A stretch of DNA of 63,499 bases, filler included, from Bigelowiella natans CCMP2755 (Eukaryota; Protista; Cercozoa), in the NCBI GenBank assembly GCA_000320545.1. It is 6 parts of 6 records of this genome, joined end to end, with 100 filler letters (N's around TTAATTAATTAA, not from the genome) between each part and the next. Parts side by side here need not be neighbours in the genome. Positions count along the whole stretch, not along the records: positions 39,811 to 63,499 come from ADNK01002597.1; 5 more parts are not named here. One strand, written 5' to 3'. Below the pieces are notes generated by a model, which was given only the letters and a program-made list of their open reading frames with translations, searched no databases and was not told where the DNA came from. A program made the position numbers and the translations under genes. Shown here piece by piece: positions 61,710-63,499 of this stretch (positions are counted from its first letter, which is position 1; the number at the start of each line of letters is the position of its first letter).

Positions 61710-62046
61710 GGGGGGGGGGGAGCGGGGTCGTGAAGAAGCAAACAGGTAACTCGATGTCCATTATTTTCAATGAAAACAAAAGACGCCGGCATCACACATC
61801 AAGCTCGATACTGAAGATGGTAGGGGATATTCTAGTACCGCCGATCATGAGTTTTCCATTTTTGGCTCTGGCATGCTCGATTATCCTCCAAACATCGACA
61901 CCAACGTTCAACTCTGTATTCATTAGATCATGAATATATTCGAAGTAAATTAAGATGCGGTTAAATTATCAGCTGTTGGACACTAGAGAGTCTTTAGCGC
62001 ATTATTTGGCGTAACTACCTGATCTGTAAGTCATGCGTATGAGACG
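57512..62046 (-). CDS. Putative BLUF - low-complexity linker - CCT domain protein (5' end unresolved; further exons likely upstream of 62046)
   Basis: BLUF exons (..62019, 61913-61839, 61651-61611, 61433-61308) splice in phase to RLIRMTYRSELNVGVDVWRIIEHARAKNGKLMIGGALWYDFETRRVRQILEGSKKLVETLVTKIIADPRHSCVVFEQTEFPKKRHYSQWL. CCT exons give EKAQIIRRYLAKKKSRKFRK|VIRYACRKRFADRRPRVGGRFVK. Each domain is high confidence; the fusion is moderate. Confidence 0.78.
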
Positions 62047-63499
62047 CTCTTCTTCTTTAGTCTCCCTTGAGAGAGGTCTATGATCGTAGTACCCCATGGT
62101 GTTAGCCCGTACATTTTCGCCGTCTATGGTTTTCTTCGTCACCACCGACACCCCGTCTGGACTCACATATTTCGGGCCGGTTCGGGCAAAGTCCTGCCGG
62201 GGGGGAGGGGGGAGAAGAAGGGTTTGAAACAGATTTCTGTTATCCTCTTTCTCTCCATTCGAGGTGTTTACAGAATGGAAAAACTGAAACGAAATCAGGC
62301 CGTCAGGGCGTTGCCACTTCCTCGTTGGATGTGAATGTATGAAAGAGTCCTCAGGAGTCTTTCGGACCAGCCACGAAGCATGCAACATGGCTGTTCTTAT
62401 TCGTATGGTTACCTGCAGATTGATGGCCGAACCGTCCATAACGCGCAGAAGCAGGGGCGGAAGATCGTTGAGAAGGGCGTAGAAGGTTGTAGAGAGGCGG
62501 ACGTTCAGTGGATTCCGTTGTCTGCAAGAAAGAGTGGCTCTGGGCCACTCAGACCTAGTTGACAGGAGAAGCTGTAGAAGACTCATTCAAAGCCTTAATT
62601 CGAGACATTCACATAATGTCCTCCTATAATTCTGCTCAGCGACAAGAAAGAAAGCGTAAAGCCAGCCAAAAACAGAGACATCAGGAAATATGAAAGTTTA
62701 TCCGAATGCTGCGGATTCGATCAATATAGCCTCCATTCCTCCGATCATCAGTTGTCGCACTTCAAAAAAACAGACCGTTCGGACCTTCCTTTGTGAGCCG
62801 AGAAACGGTGTCACCAAAGCAACTCGAACTTCATCAATACGGCTTCTTTTATTTTTGTTGCCGATCGCTGCTGGAAAGTGAGCTTTCCACTTTCCGAACA
62901 GCGATGTTCTTCCGATCAAAAATGACAAGCGTTTGTCATGAGATAGATGGCATTTTCGTGTTTTTTGGCTATTTTCTCTTTATCATTTTTCGCATCAAAA
63001 AAGGATCCTGTTCATCGGTATTTGTGGGCTCGGCCGTGCAACTTCGCTAAGATTCGGCCACCGCCCCAGGATTCCATGATTTTTTCAAAAACAATGTAGG
63101 ATTTAGGATTGCGACAACCAATAATGAATGTCTTCGACATTAAATCATAGGAATTCCTTCTCCACGCGCCTGCAAGCGTAATGGCGGCCCCTACCCCCTT
63201 GCCATTCGGAAGGAGGAGGGGGGCAAAGACTAATCGCACCATCGCAGCTTGGACGATTTTATTCTGCATTATATGCGTCGATTCATCGCGTTTGGTACAG
63301 GTAATACAACACGTTAATCCCCCCTCGTGAAACAGGGGACGGGCTTTTTTAGCAAATAGAAGACGAGTCGTATTTCTCCGTTAATTCAGCCAATTATAGA
63401 ATCATTCACCATCATTGCTTCGGTACAAATGACGGTGCGCCCCCCCATCCCGTCGCTACGAGCGTTTCTCCCGGTTTTCAGGGTACTTGAGCTGATACT

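Noticed and set aside
3331-61933. Numerous short ORFs rich in YIYI, HTHT, CVCV, LSLS, ERER or poly-Ser/Gly/Leu
   Set aside because: They are read-throughs of intronic microsatellites, not proteins.
62047-63499. An additional domain or separate gene upstream of the BLUF exons
   Set aside because: Exon-like minus-strand blocks exist, but I could not derive a unique splice path or recognise a family, so this region is left uncalled.
1-63499. tRNA/rRNA genes, transposases, reverse transcriptases, LTR/TIR elements
   Set aside because: No cloverleaf, rRNA-like tract, DDE/RT/integrase motif or terminal repeat with target-site duplication was recognisable by eye; small RNAs cannot be excluded without a covariance search.

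Overview
This is intron-dense eukaryotic (protist/algal) genomic DNA, not prokaryotic. It is rich in (TA)n/(CA)n/(GA)n microsatellites, so the supplied ORF track is mostly noise and I reconstructed genes manually from GT-AG exons. The gene content suggests a photosynthetic protist with a secondary plastid, such as a chlorarachniophyte, but this is tentative. Five artificial 100-nt spacers (N44-TTAATTAATTAA-N44) split the window into six contigs. Recognisable genes: a Kp43/TagC-type S8 subtilase with a PA insert; a PhnD-like solute-binding-domain membrane receptor; a SAM-dependent methyltransferase; organellar RecA (3' part); a formate/nitrite transporter; a PRPP synthetase C-terminus; an intronless divergent eIF4A; a PLOD-like glycosyltransferase; an intronless Kelch protein; an F-box-like protein; and an intronless homocysteine S-methyltransferase. 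Three loci on the last, uninterrupted contig stand out. (1) A BLUF photoreceptor domain can be spliced, with one unresolved junction, to a CCT (CONSTANS/TOC1) domain, making a candidate blue-light-sensing transcription regulator. (2) A PUB-domain protein ends GG-UGA-G-UAA and is followed by a proximal stem-loop and a type II SECIS-like element, making a candidate novel selenoprotein p97 cofactor. (3) Head-to-head with it lies a WCPPC-thioredoxin / EF-hand pair / WCPPC-thioredoxin fusion, a candidate Ca2+-regulated redoxin. All calls come from manual motif recognition; no searches were run.
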